64,000 nucleotides of DNA from a virus. The notes under the pieces were generated by a model. The model searched no databases. It was not told the origin of the DNA and saw nothing but the letters and a program-made list of their open reading frames with translations. The translations under genes and the position numbers were made by a program. The DNA is taken from IMG/VR virus record IMGVR_UViG_3300035670_000108, positions 1 to 64,000 of that record; one strand, given 5' to 3'. Positions 52,417 to 63,029 of this stretch are shown piece after piece (the first letter of the stretch is position 1; each line of letters opens with the position of its first letter).

Positions 52417-52775
52417 AAGCCCTGCTCGCCTGGTTCGTCATCGGCCTGACCTTCAACACCCGTATGGTCTACATGATGATGTCGGAGATCTCCAAGCGCC
52501 GGGCCTTCAACGGCACCAACCCACTTCTGGTCATGTTCGACGGTTTCCTCCTGACCCTGGCCGGCGTGCTACTGTTCGCCCTGCCGGTGGTGGCGATCGT
52601 GTTCTTCCCCGTTACCAGCCTCTGGCTGGTGGTGATGAACCGCCGCGAGTGGCACCAGATTCGCAACCTGACACGCGAAGGGCGGGTTCAATGGGCATCT
52701 GGGACAATCGCGGAGCCTGCCACCGCCGGCCCCGAACCTGAGCCTACCGTGGAGGAACCGCAGCATGGGCAGTAA
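52413..52775 (+). CDS. membrane protein
   Basis: Hydrophobic segments; ATGA coupling. Confidence 0.7.
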   Translation: MKALLAWFVIGLTFNTRMVYMMMSEISKRRAFNGTNPLLVMFDGFLLTLAGVLLFALPVVAIVFFPVTSLWLVVMNRREWHQIRNLTREGRVQWASGTIAEPATAGPEPEPTVEEPQHGQ

Positions 52776-53382
52776 GGGTGGTTTCTCCCTGGAAGAGCGT
52801 CTGCTGCAGAACGCCGTAGACACCGTGGTGAAGAACCGGGACGAGTACGAAGTTCCTGTCCTGATCCACCTGGTGCAGGCGGTGGTAGAGCGCAAGGATC
52901 TGGCCCCAGGCCTGTACCGCATCCTCGCCGCCGCGCTGACCACCGACCAGCTCAAGGAAATGGGGCTGCACGTCGGCGGCATGGCCGGTACCGGCGACGA
53001 CGTCATGAACTACCTGACCATGCCGAAGCTGCACCGCACCTTGTTGCGTGGCATCCAGCAGATGCAGGAAAAGCTCATGCCGGGCGGTTTCCTGATGACC
53101 AGCAAGGACGTCGACCACACCGACGCCACCCGCATGCTCCGCGACTGCACCACCCAGCTGGAGAAGGTCTTGCGCCTGACCAAGTCGGCCCGCGCCAACG
53201 CCGAGGTGCTCCGCCTGAAGGAAGCCCTGGGTGACGGTCTGAAGGCGATCGCCGCCGAGATGGGCAAGGAGCATAGCGCGCGGGCCTACGAGATCATGAC
53301 CGCCGCGATCAACGCCAGCCTGACCAAGACCCAAGTGGCGCTGGACATCGAGATGAAGGACGCCGAGGAGCTGACGGGTTGA
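52765..53382 (+). CDS. probable terminase small subunit
   Basis: Helical protein directly upstream of and coupled to TerL; positional inference. Confidence 0.5.
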   Translation: MGSKGGFSLEERLLQNAVDTVVKNRDEYEVPVLIHLVQAVVERKDLAPGLYRILAAALTTDQLKEMGLHVGGMAGTGDDVMNYLTMPKLHRTLLRGIQQMQEKLMPGGFLMTSKDVDHTDATRMLRDCTTQLEKVLRLTKSARANAEVLRLKEALGDGLKAIAAEMGKEHSARAYEIMTAAINASLTKTQVALDIEMKDAEELTG

Positions 53383-55232
53383 GCAACAACAAGCTCCTCG
53401 AGGATTTCAAGGGTGGCGCCGTCGGCGCCAACCTGATGGCACAGCTGCACTCCTCGGTGTACGGCGCCACCGACTTCAGCCAGCTCTCCACATGGCTGGA
53501 GCAGAACACCCGCCACCCCTTGCGCCCCAAGCAGAACTGGACGTTTGCCGAGCACGAGTACCAGATCGACATCCTCAACTCGACCTGGCACGAGGAGTTC
53601 TACCAGAAGTGCTCCCAGGTAGGCGCCTCCGAGCTGTTCGTGCGCATGAAGCTGGCGATGCTGGGTATCAGCGAGGCCATCACGATCATCTACGTGCTGC
53701 CGACCCGCACCTTCGCCCTGCGCTTCGCCAAGGGCCGGGTTGACCCGGTCATCGAGAGCAGTGACGCGCTCAAGGCCATGCTCAACAAGGACGTCAACTC
53801 GTCCGAGATGAAGCAGTTCGGCCACAGCTTCCTGTACATCACCGGCTCCTTCGGCCAGTCGTCCGCGATCTCGATCCCGGCGCAGGCGCTGTTCTGGGAC
53901 GAGGTCGACTTCTGCGACCAGCAGAACCTGACCACCTTCCGCAGCCGGATGGGCCACTCCAAGGAAGACGACCTCTGGTTCGTCCGCGGCTTCAGCACCC
54001 CCACGGTCTTCGACTACGGCATCAACGCCTACTACAAGAAGGGCTCCCAGGCCTTCTACGGCGTGTGGTGCAACCAATGCCGCGACTTCGTCGAGGTGCA
54101 GTTCATGCGAGACGTGGTCGTGCCGGGCTTCGACCGCGACATGAAGGAGTGGGGCAAGGATTGCCTGGACGACCCGGCCCTGGACATCGACGCCACCTTC
54201 TTCCGCTGCAACTGCTGCCAGCAGCAGATCCCCTGGAAGAACTTCCTGGACCCGGCCAAACGCCGCTGGGTGCATACCTTCCCCGAGCGCAAGATCCGCT
54301 CGCGCCAGATCAGCCCCTTCGACGTGCCGGAGATCAACAACCCGGCGCGGACCCTGCGGCACGTCGCCGACTACGAGGTCACGGCCGACTGGGTGAACTT
54401 CAAGGTAGGCCTGCCCTTCGAGGACGCCAGCTCCAGCTTCCTGGTGGAGACGGCAGAGTGGGGCAAGGGATTCCAGATCTCGCCACCCTTGTCCCACCGG
54501 GAGCTGGATCAGCTGGTGAAGGAGAAGGGCATGCAGGACAACCTGCCGGCCTTCCTGGAGTGGCTCTTCGAGCAGCCTCAGATCGCCAGCTCCTGCACCA
54601 TCGGCATGGACGTGGGCAAGCTCTCCTGGATCACGGTCCAGGCCGTCGGAGGGGTCGCCCGCCACCTGGTCTTCGCCGAACGCGCCCAGGCTGCCAGCGG
54701 TAACCTGCTGTTCCGCTACCTGTATATCTTCCACACCTTCGGCTGCGTGTTAGGGGTGGTCGACGCTGGCCCAGACTTCACGCTGAGTCAGAGCCTGGTC
54801 CGTGCCCTGCCGGGCCGTATCTACGCCTGCTACTACGCTACGGCCAAGGACAACCAGCTGCAGCGTTTGAAACTCGACCAGGAGCAGGGGATTGTCACTG
54901 CATTGCGGACCCGCACCCTGGATATGCTGGTGCGCGCGTTCAATAGCGGTAAGATTGCGCTGGCCAAGCTGGCCGAAGAGGCGGCGATCAAGTCACACCT
55001 GAAGGCCCTGAAGCGTGTCACCGAGATGGAAGACGAGGGCGAAAAGGGCAACATGGAGAAGGCTAAGTGGGTGTCCACCGGTGACGACCACTTCGGCCAC
55101 TCCCTGGTTTACTCGAGTATCGCCGCCGACCTGGTGCACAGCATGGACGGCCTGGAGGCGCTCGACCGCGCCGGTGGGGCCCACAAGCTCGGTGTGCTGC
55201 CGAATGTTGGCAGGTTGAAGATCCACCGCTAG
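53379..55232 (+). CDS. terL: terminase large subunit (GpA-type)
   Basis: KCSQVGASE, YVLPT, FWDEVD, FSTPT, CxxC pairs, GMDVG nuclease, DDHFGH. Confidence 0.92.
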   Translation: MSNNKLLEDFKGGAVGANLMAQLHSSVYGATDFSQLSTWLEQNTRHPLRPKQNWTFAEHEYQIDILNSTWHEEFYQKCSQVGASELFVRMKLAMLGISEAITIIYVLPTRTFALRFAKGRVDPVIESSDALKAMLNKDVNSSEMKQFGHSFLYITGSFGQSSAISIPAQALFWDEVDFCDQQNLTTFRSRMGHSKEDDLWFVRGFSTPTVFDYGINAYYKKGSQAFYGVWCNQCRDFVEVQFMRDVVVPGFDRDMKEWGKDCLDDPALDIDATFFRCNCCQQQIPWKNFLDPAKRRWVHTFPERKIRSRQISPFDVPEINNPARTLRHVADYEVTADWVNFKVGLPFEDASSSFLVETAEWGKGFQISPPLSHRELDQLVKEKGMQDNLPAFLEWLFEQPQIASSCTIGMDVGKLSWITVQAVGGVARHLVFAERAQAASGNLLFRYLYIFHTFGCVLGVVDAGPDFTLSQSLVRALPGRIYACYYATAKDNQLQRLKLDQEQGIVTALRTRTLDMLVRAFNSGKIALAKLAEEAAIKSHLKALKRVTEMEDEGEKGNMEKAKWVSTGDDHFGHSLVYSSIAADLVHSMDGLEALDRAGGAHKLGVLPNVGRLKIHR

Positions 55233-55262
55233 AATCCGCTGCATCCATAGGGAGATGGTCAA

Positions 55263-56741
55263 TTGGCCGCACAGAACGGAAAGAGGGGTAGCTCAGGCGC
55301 CAGCAGCAAGCTGGCACCGCAGCCTATTCTCCCTCGCAAGCTGGCCAACAAGGCTAAATCGGTAGGCGCTGCCAGCGGTACCGACAAAGGCCAGGACATC
55401 TCCAACAACCGCACGGTCTACATCAACCAGTCGGTCAAGGCGCTCCGCGACCAGAACCGGCCGGTGGCCGCCCTCCGGGAGCTGGCCCGGGTAGACGGTA
55501 CGGTTGGCAGCGCGATCTTCAACTTCGTGGAGATCGCCCACACCTCGTTCAAGGTCTGGGCCTTCGACGCTGCCACGCACCAGCCGCTGCCAGAGGCCAC
55601 CATGGTGGCCCGCACCATCCTCTCGCGCTTCGACACCGTCTACGACTACACCCTGGGCTTCGCCGACAAACCGACCATCCGCATGGCGCTGGAGCAGATG
55701 CTCCTGGAAACCGTGCTGGGTAACGGCTTCGGCTGCGAGCTGGTGCTGGACAAGTCGCTGTTGCCTGACCGCCTGCAGGTCAGCAACTACGACAGCCTGA
55801 CCTGGGTCAGCCAGGGCGACGGCCTGCGCTACCCGAAGCAGCAGGGCAACGACGGCGAGGTGGAGCTGAACATCCCCAACTTCTTCGTGGGTGAGCTGCA
55901 CCTGTCGCCGGCCTTCGCCTACGCGACGCCCATGCTGGAGCCGGCGATCAACGACTCGTTCTTCTTCCGCGAGTTCATCGAGGACATGCGCCGCACGGTT
56001 CGCCGCGCCGCCAACCCCCGCCTTGCCGCCAAGCTGATCACCGAGAAGATCATCGAAGCCTGCCCGCTCGACGTGAAGATGAACCCCACCAAGATGCGTG
56101 ACTGGCTCGACGCTCGCCGCGCCGAGGTGGAAGCGGTGCTGTCCGACCTGGAGCCGGAAGATGCCCTGACCTTCTGGGACTCGGTGGAGATCGACGCGAT
56201 CAAGATGGCCGGCGAGAAGCAGGACTTCGTGCCGCTGCTCAACGCCATCAGCGGCCTGCAGGCGACCAACCTGAAGGCCCCGCCCAGTATCCTGGGCCTG
56301 CGCCTGGAGGGCAGCCAGTCGCTGTCCAACACAGAATCCATGGTCTTCCTGAAGGTCGCGGCCTCCATCCGCAAGCCGGTGGAAGACGTCATGAGCCGCG
56401 CCTTGACCCTCGGCGTGCGCCTGTACGGCCAGAACGCCTACGTGGTCTTCGAGTTCGATCCCATCGACCTCCGCCCCGAGAACGAGGTGGAGGCTTTCCG
56501 CGTGATGCGCCAGAGCCGTATACTGGAGCAACTGTCCCTGGGTTTGATCAGCGACGACGAGGCATTCATCCAATTGGGCCTCGAGTATTCCCCGGCTGGC
56601 TATAAACCGTTATCCGGTACTATGTTTTACAAGGCCGATGCCTCCGCCGAGCAGGCGAGCAAGGCATCACCCAACAGCGACCCGCAAGGGAAGGCGCTCC
56701 AGTCTGACCAGCCGAAGAAGGCTGGCGGGGCGAGCCAGTGA
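55263..56741 (+). CDS. portal protein
   Basis: 492 aa, between TerL and protease. Confidence 0.8.
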   Translation: MAAQNGKRGSSGASSKLAPQPILPRKLANKAKSVGAASGTDKGQDISNNRTVYINQSVKALRDQNRPVAALRELARVDGTVGSAIFNFVEIAHTSFKVWAFDAATHQPLPEATMVARTILSRFDTVYDYTLGFADKPTIRMALEQMLLETVLGNGFGCELVLDKSLLPDRLQVSNYDSLTWVSQGDGLRYPKQQGNDGEVELNIPNFFVGELHLSPAFAYATPMLEPAINDSFFFREFIEDMRRTVRRAANPRLAAKLITEKIIEACPLDVKMNPTKMRDWLDARRAEVEAVLSDLEPEDALTFWDSVEIDAIKMAGEKQDFVPLLNAISGLQATNLKAPPSILGLRLEGSQSLSNTESMVFLKVAASIRKPVEDVMSRALTLGVRLYGQNAYVVFEFDPIDLRPENEVEAFRVMRQSRILEQLSLGLISDDEAFIQLGLEYSPAGYKPLSGTMFYKADASAEQASKASPNSDPQGKALQSDQPKKAGGASQ

Positions 56742-56751
56742 AGGAGCACAC

Positions 56752-58308
56752 ATGAGCCGCCAGAGCCATAGCCAAGGGTCTACCCCGCTGTACTGGTACA
56801 GCGCGAACGTCCAGTCGTTCAACGACTGGATGGAGTCGCGCAAGCACATTATGGCGATGAACCCTCTGCAGCTGGCCGCTGAGAAGGCCAAGCTGCTGTC
56901 CGGTAACCAGGTGCAGATCCGCGGCTCTATCGAAGGCGACTACAAGCCGGCCTTCGGCGACGGCAGCCAAGACTACATGATGACCCGCTACAAGAACCTG
57001 GCGCTGATCAACATCAGCGGCACCCTTGTGGCGTCCGACAACTGGTACAACCGCTACTACGGCATGATCTCCTACGCCGAGATCCGCCGCAGCATCCTGA
57101 TGGCCCTGGAAGACAAGGCTGTCACCGGCATCCTGGCGACCATGAACACCCCCGGCGGTAACGCCAGCGGCGCCGACGCGATGGCCACCTTCTTCAAGAA
57201 GACCGACCAGTCCAAGCCGTTCTACGTTTTCGCCGAGACCGAGATGTGCTCGGGCGGCTACTACCTGGGTGCCCCTGCGCGCGAGGTGTACGCCCAGCGC
57301 GCCTCCTTGATCGGCTCCATCGGCGTGATCATGGTGCACATGGACATCCTCAACATGTACGAGGAGATGGGCATCAAGCCCACCGTCTTCCGTGCTGGCG
57401 AGTTCAAGGCCCTGGGTAGCCCGTATGAGCACCTGGACAAGAAGGCGCAGGGCGTCATCCAGTCCACCCTGGGCAACTACTTCGACATGTTCAACGACCA
57501 CGTCGTGGACTGCCGGAGCTACAGCAACGTGGCTGATTTCCGCGCTACTGCGGGCGAAGGCCGCGTGTTTATGGCTGAAGAAGCCAAGGAAGTCGGCCTG
57601 GTTGACCAGGTCGCTGAGATGGAGGAGGCCCTGGACGAGGTGTCCCAGAAGTCCAACCGGATCTCCGGGAAGTCCAGTCAATTCGCCGTTACATCGAACC
57701 TGAAAGGGACCAAGCTCATGTCTTATGCACAGCTCCTGGCGTTGGCCGCCTCTGGCGTCCAGCTGACCGCTGAACAGCAAGCCATCCTCGACGCCGGTGA
57801 TCCGGATGCCCCTGCGGTGGAAGCCGAGGCGGGTGACAACGTGGTCGAAGATCCGACCAAGCCGGCAGTGGAAGCCACCGCCGAGCCGGTCGTTGAAGAA
57901 CCAGCGCCTGCAGCCCCGGCTGTAGTCGCCTCCGCTGACCTGAACAAGGTCATCGAACTGTCTACCGAGCTGGGCCAGGCCAAGGCCACCGTCACCAAGC
58001 TGGAAGGTGACCTGTCCAAGCTCCAGACCGAACTCGATGCCTCCAAGGCGACCATGTCGTCCTTGCAAGCCATCGTGTGCCAGGCCATCTCTCACCGTCA
58101 GGTGGCGCTGGGTTACCAGCCGTCCCCTGCCGAGGATATGACGGCCAGTCAGCAGGTCGAGCTGTTCAACAAGCTCGACGCTGTCTTCAAAGAGCGGATC
58201 AAGGCGGGGCAAGTCTCGAAGCCGACGTCAGCACAGCCTAGCGCTTCTGCTACTCTGTCGCCGACTCCGGTAATGGAAGCTGCCCGCAACCTGACCGGCA
58301 AACTCTGA
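56752..58308 (+). CDS. S49 head maturation protease with scaffold-like C-terminus
   Basis: NTPGG, CSGGYYL, GSIGV, GEFKA, GLVD; coiled-coil tail. Confidence 0.9.
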   Translation: MSRQSHSQGSTPLYWYSANVQSFNDWMESRKHIMAMNPLQLAAEKAKLLSGNQVQIRGSIEGDYKPAFGDGSQDYMMTRYKNLALINISGTLVASDNWYNRYYGMISYAEIRRSILMALEDKAVTGILATMNTPGGNASGADAMATFFKKTDQSKPFYVFAETEMCSGGYYLGAPAREVYAQRASLIGSIGVIMVHMDILNMYEEMGIKPTVFRAGEFKALGSPYEHLDKKAQGVIQSTLGNYFDMFNDHVVDCRSYSNVADFRATAGEGRVFMAEEAKEVGLVDQVAEMEEALDEVSQKSNRISGKSSQFAVTSNLKGTKLMSYAQLLALAASGVQLTAEQQAILDAGDPDAPAVEAEAGDNVVEDPTKPAVEATAEPVVEEPAPAAPAVVASADLNKVIELSTELGQAKATVTKLEGDLSKLQTELDASKATMSSLQAIVCQAISHRQVALGYQPSPAEDMTASQQVELFNKLDAVFKERIKAGQVSKPTSAQPSASATLSPTPVMEAARNLTGKL

Positions 58309-58325
58309 TAGGGAGATAGAGACTC

Positions 58326-58817
58326 ATGCCCGCCTACAAACGTGGTTTGAAAATCGGTTCCGCCTGGAACTACCGTGAAGCTGCCCTCGGCTCCTCTGGC
58401 AACAAGGGTACCTTCACCGACAAGGACAAAGGCAAGCCGCTGAAACTGGCTGCGGACTCCACCTATGATGTCTGCGCCGCCGGTGACGAGATCGAGGAGA
58501 TCTTCGAGGCCCTGGCCGCCCAACAGTCCACCGTGAACAACGGCTACCAGATCGGCACCATCCGCGATGACGGCCAGTTCCTCGGCATCATCGACGACAT
58601 CACCGAGGCCCCGGCCATCGGCAAGTATGTCGTATCCGGTACCCAGGCTGCCCTTGGCACCCTGAACGGCCCGGCCGGTAAGGAAACCACCGGTTATGCC
58701 AAGGTTCGCTGCATTGCCAACGCCAACCGCGCGGCTGCACTGAACAAATGGCGTATCGTGTCGATCCTGTCCGGTAGCGGCGTCGGCGCAGTCGTCCTCT
58801 GTGAGCGTGTGCGCTAA
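58326..58817 (+). CDS. head decoration protein
   Basis: Small beta-rich protein immediately before the capsid gene. Confidence 0.6.
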   Translation: MPAYKRGLKIGSAWNYREAALGSSGNKGTFTDKDKGKPLKLAADSTYDVCAAGDEIEEIFEALAAQQSTVNNGYQIGTIRDDGQFLGIIDDITEAPAIGKYVVSGTQAALGTLNGPAGKETTGYAKVRCIANANRAAALNKWRIVSILSGSGVGAVVLCERVR

Positions 58818-58860
58818 GGCGCACTCCCTCACTCACCGGAAACTCTAGGAGTAGAGAGCA

Positions 58861-60060
58861 ATGGATCTGAACCAAGCCAAAGTAAAAATCCGCGATCAGG
58901 CCGGCGCGCTGATGGAGGTCGATCTCGACCTCATGATGTACGACGCTGCCGCTACCCGCGGCCTGTCCATGAGTCAGCACCTGACCCACCTGTACGGTTC
59001 GCAAACCGACGAGGCCAAGTTCGGCAGCGTGATCTCTCAGATCATGCAGAACAACGGCATTCTGATGGGCTACGACCACGGTACCGGTCTGCGTGCGCCG
59101 ACCATGTCCGAGGTGCTGAACCATGGCGTGTCCATGGGTGCCATCACCAACACCGACGGTAACGATCGTTCCGCCGCCGGCCGCATCCTGTTCCCGGAGA
59201 TCATCCTGCGGACCATCGAGGCGGAGCTGCGCGAGTCGAAGGACGACTACTTCCGCAACTACGAGAACATGGTGGCGATGACCCAGGTCATCAACGGCCC
59301 GCGCTTCGAGCAGCCGTCCATCAACGTCAAGTACCCGGAAGAGTCGGCCAGCAACCGCATCAGCGAACTGGCTGAACCGGACGCGATGGTCAGCATCACC
59401 ACCAGCTCCGTGACCCGTAAGGTGCCGACCAAGTCCATCGGTCTGATGATCTCGGACGAGGCGCTGGCCACCACCACCCTTGACCTGGTGAACATCATCA
59501 TGACGGCTCAGGCCCGTGGTGAGCGTTACCGCATGGTGCAAGAGCAGCTGGGCGCCATCCTGAACGGCGATCCGGACTGGGGCGAAGCTGGCCTGAGCGG
59601 CTACACTGCCCAGTCCCTGGACTCGGCGATCACCACCGCCGGCACCATCACCCACAAGGCCTGGATCAAGTTCCTGCGCAAGGACTTCCGTCGCAAGTCG
59701 CTGAACTACGCGATCACCGACCTGGATACCGCCCTCGCGCTGGAAACCCGTTCGGGCAAACCGACCCGTGACACCGTCTACTTCGGCGAAGGCTCGAACT
59801 TCGCCGTCGACATGACCGTGGACAACCTGAACGCCAAGCAAGTGCCGGTGTTCCTGGTCGACACCGTGGTCAGCGGCGCCAACACCGTGGTCGCCCTGGA
59901 TACCCGCTACGGCATCCGCCGCGTGATCAACGTGAGCGCGAACTACAGCGCGGTCCAGGAGTTCGTCCTGCGTAAGGCCAAGGCCTTCCGTATCGACTAC
60001 GCCGAGATGGCCCATTCGCTGTACCCGACCGCCTTTGAGAAGATGGCACTGACCGTCTAA
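58861..60060 (+). CDS. major capsid protein
   Basis: 399 aa, strong codon bias, followed by a terminator; position. Confidence 0.85.
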   Translation: MDLNQAKVKIRDQAGALMEVDLDLMMYDAAATRGLSMSQHLTHLYGSQTDEAKFGSVISQIMQNNGILMGYDHGTGLRAPTMSEVLNHGVSMGAITNTDGNDRSAAGRILFPEIILRTIEAELRESKDDYFRNYENMVAMTQVINGPRFEQPSINVKYPEESASNRISELAEPDAMVSITTSSVTRKVPTKSIGLMISDEALATTTLDLVNIIMTAQARGERYRMVQEQLGAILNGDPDWGEAGLSGYTAQSLDSAITTAGTITHKAWIKFLRKDFRRKSLNYAITDLDTALALETRSGKPTRDTVYFGEGSNFAVDMTVDNLNAKQVPVFLVDTVVSGANTVVALDTRYGIRRVINVSANYSAVQEFVLRKAKAFRIDYAEMAHSLYPTAFEKMALTV

Positions 60061-60070
60061 CTCACAGGTC

Positions 60071-60099
60071 AACAGGGAGGGCTTCGGCCCTCCTTGTTT
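60071..60099 (+). terminator. intrinsic terminator
   Basis: AACAGGGAGGGC-TTCG-GCCCTCCTTGTTT. Confidence 0.8.
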
Positions 60100-60128
60100 C
60101 TCCAGATCAGGTAAAGAGGAATTGGATC

Positions 60129-60719
60129 ATGGCTAAGACCCAGAACCAGAATCAACAAACCCAGCCGGCTGCTGCCCCGACTCTCGACGAGCTGCGCGAG
60201 GCTTCCCGCCTGGCGGCTGAGAAGGCTGCTGCTTCCAAGCTGGAAGCGGAAAAGCCGGATGCTACCGACGAGGTCAAGGCTCAGGCCAAGACCGACGATG
60301 AAGCTGCTGCTGCTGCCTCGGCTGCGCTGACCGAAGCTGAAGCCGCCGAGGCCGCCGCCAAGGATCAGCAGCAGAACACCGCCCAGGCCAATGCTCAAGC
60401 TCAGCTTGACGAGGCTGCTGCCACCGCTGGCCAGGCCCAGAGCCCGACCGAAGCTGAAGCCGCTGCCCGCGCCCAGGCCGAGGAAGACGCGCAGTTCGTG
60501 CCCATCTTCGTCGACGAGGACGGTGAGAAGATCCCGCGTAAGACCATCCTGCGCCTGGTGAGCACCACTGGTCAGAACCTGCGCTCGCTGGACGGTGCGC
60601 TGATCACCCCCGAGCCGACCTGCGAGCTGAACGGCTTCGACGTTCGCCGCGGTGACTGGTACACCGTGCAGTTCGCCGCCGGCCTGATCAAGGTCGACAG
60701 CACCAAGAAAGCCAAGTAA
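60129..60719 (+). CDS. Ala-rich virion-associated hypothetical protein
   Basis: GAGGA SD; low-complexity N-terminus. Confidence 0.75.
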   Translation: MAKTQNQNQQTQPAAAPTLDELREASRLAAEKAAASKLEAEKPDATDEVKAQAKTDDEAAAAASAALTEAEAAEAAAKDQQQNTAQANAQAQLDEAAATAGQAQSPTEAEAAARAQAEEDAQFVPIFVDEDGEKIPRKTILRLVSTTGQNLRSLDGALITPEPTCELNGFDVRRGDWYTVQFAAGLIKVDSTKKAK

Positions 60720-60729
60720 GGAGCCGTCC

Positions 60730-61227
60730 ATGGCCCAGATCGGTACCAACCCGCAGTTCACCACCACGGAAGCCGTTCGCGGCGCTCTGGGGGTGGACTC
60801 CACCGACATCGGCGATCAGGCGATGCTCGACGCGGATCTGGCTACCGAGTTGGGCCTGGACCTGGCCACCTGGTTGCCGTCCTGGGCTGACAAGCTCAGC
60901 CCGAGCGGCACGCCAACCCCCGAACAATTGACACTGCAGAAGGCCATCCAGACCTACTGCAAATGGTGGTGCGCCGCCGAGTACGCCCGCAAGGTTCTGG
61001 CCTTTGCGCAGCTGTACAGCGACGGTAAAGCCGAGCAGCGGCGCTTCACCAACTTCGACTGGGAAGCCTTGGCGGCCAACTGCCAGGCCAAGGCTGAATA
61101 CTACCGCTCCATGGTCGCGGATCTCGACCCTGACATAGACCCGGCCGCGACCGCTGACGCCTTCACCTTGATCAGCCTCGCCACGCCGACCACTGACCCG
61201 GTCACCAACGAAGGCTTCGACACGTAA
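60730..61227 (+). CDS. probable head-tail adaptor
   Basis: Size and position. Confidence 0.55.
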   Translation: MAQIGTNPQFTTTEAVRGALGVDSTDIGDQAMLDADLATELGLDLATWLPSWADKLSPSGTPTPEQLTLQKAIQTYCKWWCAAEYARKVLAFAQLYSDGKAEQRRFTNFDWEALAANCQAKAEYYRSMVADLDPDIDPAATADAFTLISLATPTTDPVTNEGFDT

Positions 61228-61835
61228 TGGACCTGCGCAAGTCCTATTCCAAGTTCGCTTCGCACGAGCTGCAGAAGTGGAATTGGGCTACCAGCGCATT
61301 CGAGCCTACGGGTGTAAAGGGCTCGCTGCAGGTCTACGATCGCTTTATCAGCGACCGCGACTTCGGGCAGAAGAAGCGGATATTTCTCTGCCCAGGCGAG
61401 TTCGACCTCGACCGCAATCTGGCCGTGCTGCAGATCCCGGGCGTGGAAGGTGTCTGGCTGATCGAAGGCGAGAACGCTGACGCCGACGCCAGCGGGGTGT
61501 ACGGTACGCCGGTGGTGCTGCGCGAGGCGCGGTACACGGTCAAGCTCTACAAGAAGGGAGGCTCCAAGAAGCGCGCCAGCGGTGTCGGTTACACCGACCA
61601 AGCAGACGTGCTCATGGGTACCACCTGGGGGGACTTCAGCCGGTACTCGAGTACCGAATCGCGGGAGCTGCCGGCCGTTGACTACACCATTGGCAGCTGG
61701 TATCTGCCGCGCGGGACCGAGGTGGATCTCGACACCATCATCGAAGACCAGTACGGTCAGCGCTTCATCGTCCGGGAGGTCAGCTCGTTCCTGGATCTGC
61801 TGATGGTACGTGCACAGGAGCGCGAGCAAGCATGA
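61227..61835 (+). CDS. probable head closure protein
   Basis: Beta-rich; position. Confidence 0.5.
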   Translation: MDLRKSYSKFASHELQKWNWATSAFEPTGVKGSLQVYDRFISDRDFGQKKRIFLCPGEFDLDRNLAVLQIPGVEGVWLIEGENADADASGVYGTPVVLREARYTVKLYKKGGSKKRASGVGYTDQADVLMGTTWGDFSRYSSTESRELPAVDYTIGSWYLPRGTEVDLDTIIEDQYGQRFIVREVSSFLDLLMVRAQEREQA

Positions 61836-62311
61836 GCCGCCGCCAGGTCGAGATGGCCTTCAAGAGCACCCTGGACAAGCTGGTCAACGACCTGGCTGCC
61901 GAGCTGTCTGCCGCCGCTCCGAGCGCTAACCCTGTGCGCGCCTTCGACCTGGACGACGCCACCAACGAGCGCCAGTGGCAGGCTGGCACCGAGCACGCCC
62001 TGGCCTACCAGTACACCCTGCTCAGCGAGGCCCCGCGCCACCCCTTGTACGACGTCACGTTCCTGGTCGGAGCCAAGACCACAGACGACGCCGGAAACTA
62101 TGCCATGACCGACCTGATCACTGATCTGGGGGACCTGTTCAAGTCCGGCGACAGCTTCGAGCTGTTCGACTACAGCGAAGTGGAGGAAGGCCAGGACCCG
62201 GGTGAACAGATCGGTGTCCTGGTCATCGGCAGCGTAGATACCGGCCCGCAGATGTTCGAGAAGCAGAGCGGAATCCGGCTGCTGCAGATCGAAGGCAAGG
62301 TCATAGCGTGA
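61832..62311 (+). CDS. probable tail terminator/connector protein
   Basis: Acidic, ~160 aa; position. Confidence 0.45.
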   Translation: MSRRQVEMAFKSTLDKLVNDLAAELSAAAPSANPVRAFDLDDATNERQWQAGTEHALAYQYTLLSEAPRHPLYDVTFLVGAKTTDDAGNYAMTDLITDLGDLFKSGDSFELFDYSEVEEGQDPGEQIGVLVIGSVDTGPQMFEKQSGIRLLQIEGKVIA

Positions 62312-62314
62312 CGT

Positions 62315-63016
62315 ATGGCTACCACCAAGGTCACCACCCGTAAGGTCACCCTCGGCACCGAGGCCATCAAGCGCGCCGCCGCGCGTGACCCGCGGGTGCT
62401 CAAGCAGCTGGAGAACCAGTTCCGGCGTTTCACCGGCCGCGAGATGGCCAACGTGGTCACCGACCACTTCCAGGAAGCTATCGGCCACGCCGCCCGCCTT
62501 GTCGATGATGGTGTGCCCGGGGCCGAGAGTGGAGCAGCACCTACCGTCAGCACGCGCTTCGGAGCGGTGGTCATCAGCTACTGGAGCGCCCTGACCAGCA
62601 GGTACAGGGCCTCGAAGAAACGGAATTTTGCAGGAACCGAGGGCCTCTTTTGGAAGCGCTCGGGAGCCACCGGCAAGTATCTGCTAAAGGTGTCTACCGG
62701 CGTGAAGTCGGCTAGGCTATCGAAGGTCAAGGCTGAGCCTAGCTCCGCCACGGCCCGTGCGCAGGTTCGGGTCAGCTCGACGATCACCACCCCGTTTACG
62801 GGTGACCCAGTGATCGACGGCCTGATGCGAAACAGCTTCGTACAAGGGGAACCAACCTTTGTTCGAGGTTCGGCAGGGAAAAACCTCACGCCCGCTGGTA
62901 TAGTGGCCGTGATGGAGGCAGGCAAGGGTGGGCAACCTCCGCGCCCGCTGATCAGCCAGCTTGCAGCGGCCCTGGGAATCAGGGCGCAGCAGGCGTTAAG
63001 GAAAATCAAGCAATAG
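62315..63016 (+). CDS. probable neck/tail completion protein
   Basis: Basic protein with E.G...QPPRP motif. Confidence 0.5.
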   Translation: MATTKVTTRKVTLGTEAIKRAAARDPRVLKQLENQFRRFTGREMANVVTDHFQEAIGHAARLVDDGVPGAESGAAPTVSTRFGAVVISYWSALTSRYRASKKRNFAGTEGLFWKRSGATGKYLLKVSTGVKSARLSKVKAEPSSATARAQVRVSSTITTPFTGDPVIDGLMRNSFVQGEPTFVRGSAGKNLTPAGIVAVMEAGKGGQPPRPLISQLAAALGIRAQQALRKIKQ

Positions 63017-63029
63017 GGAGTGCTGAGCT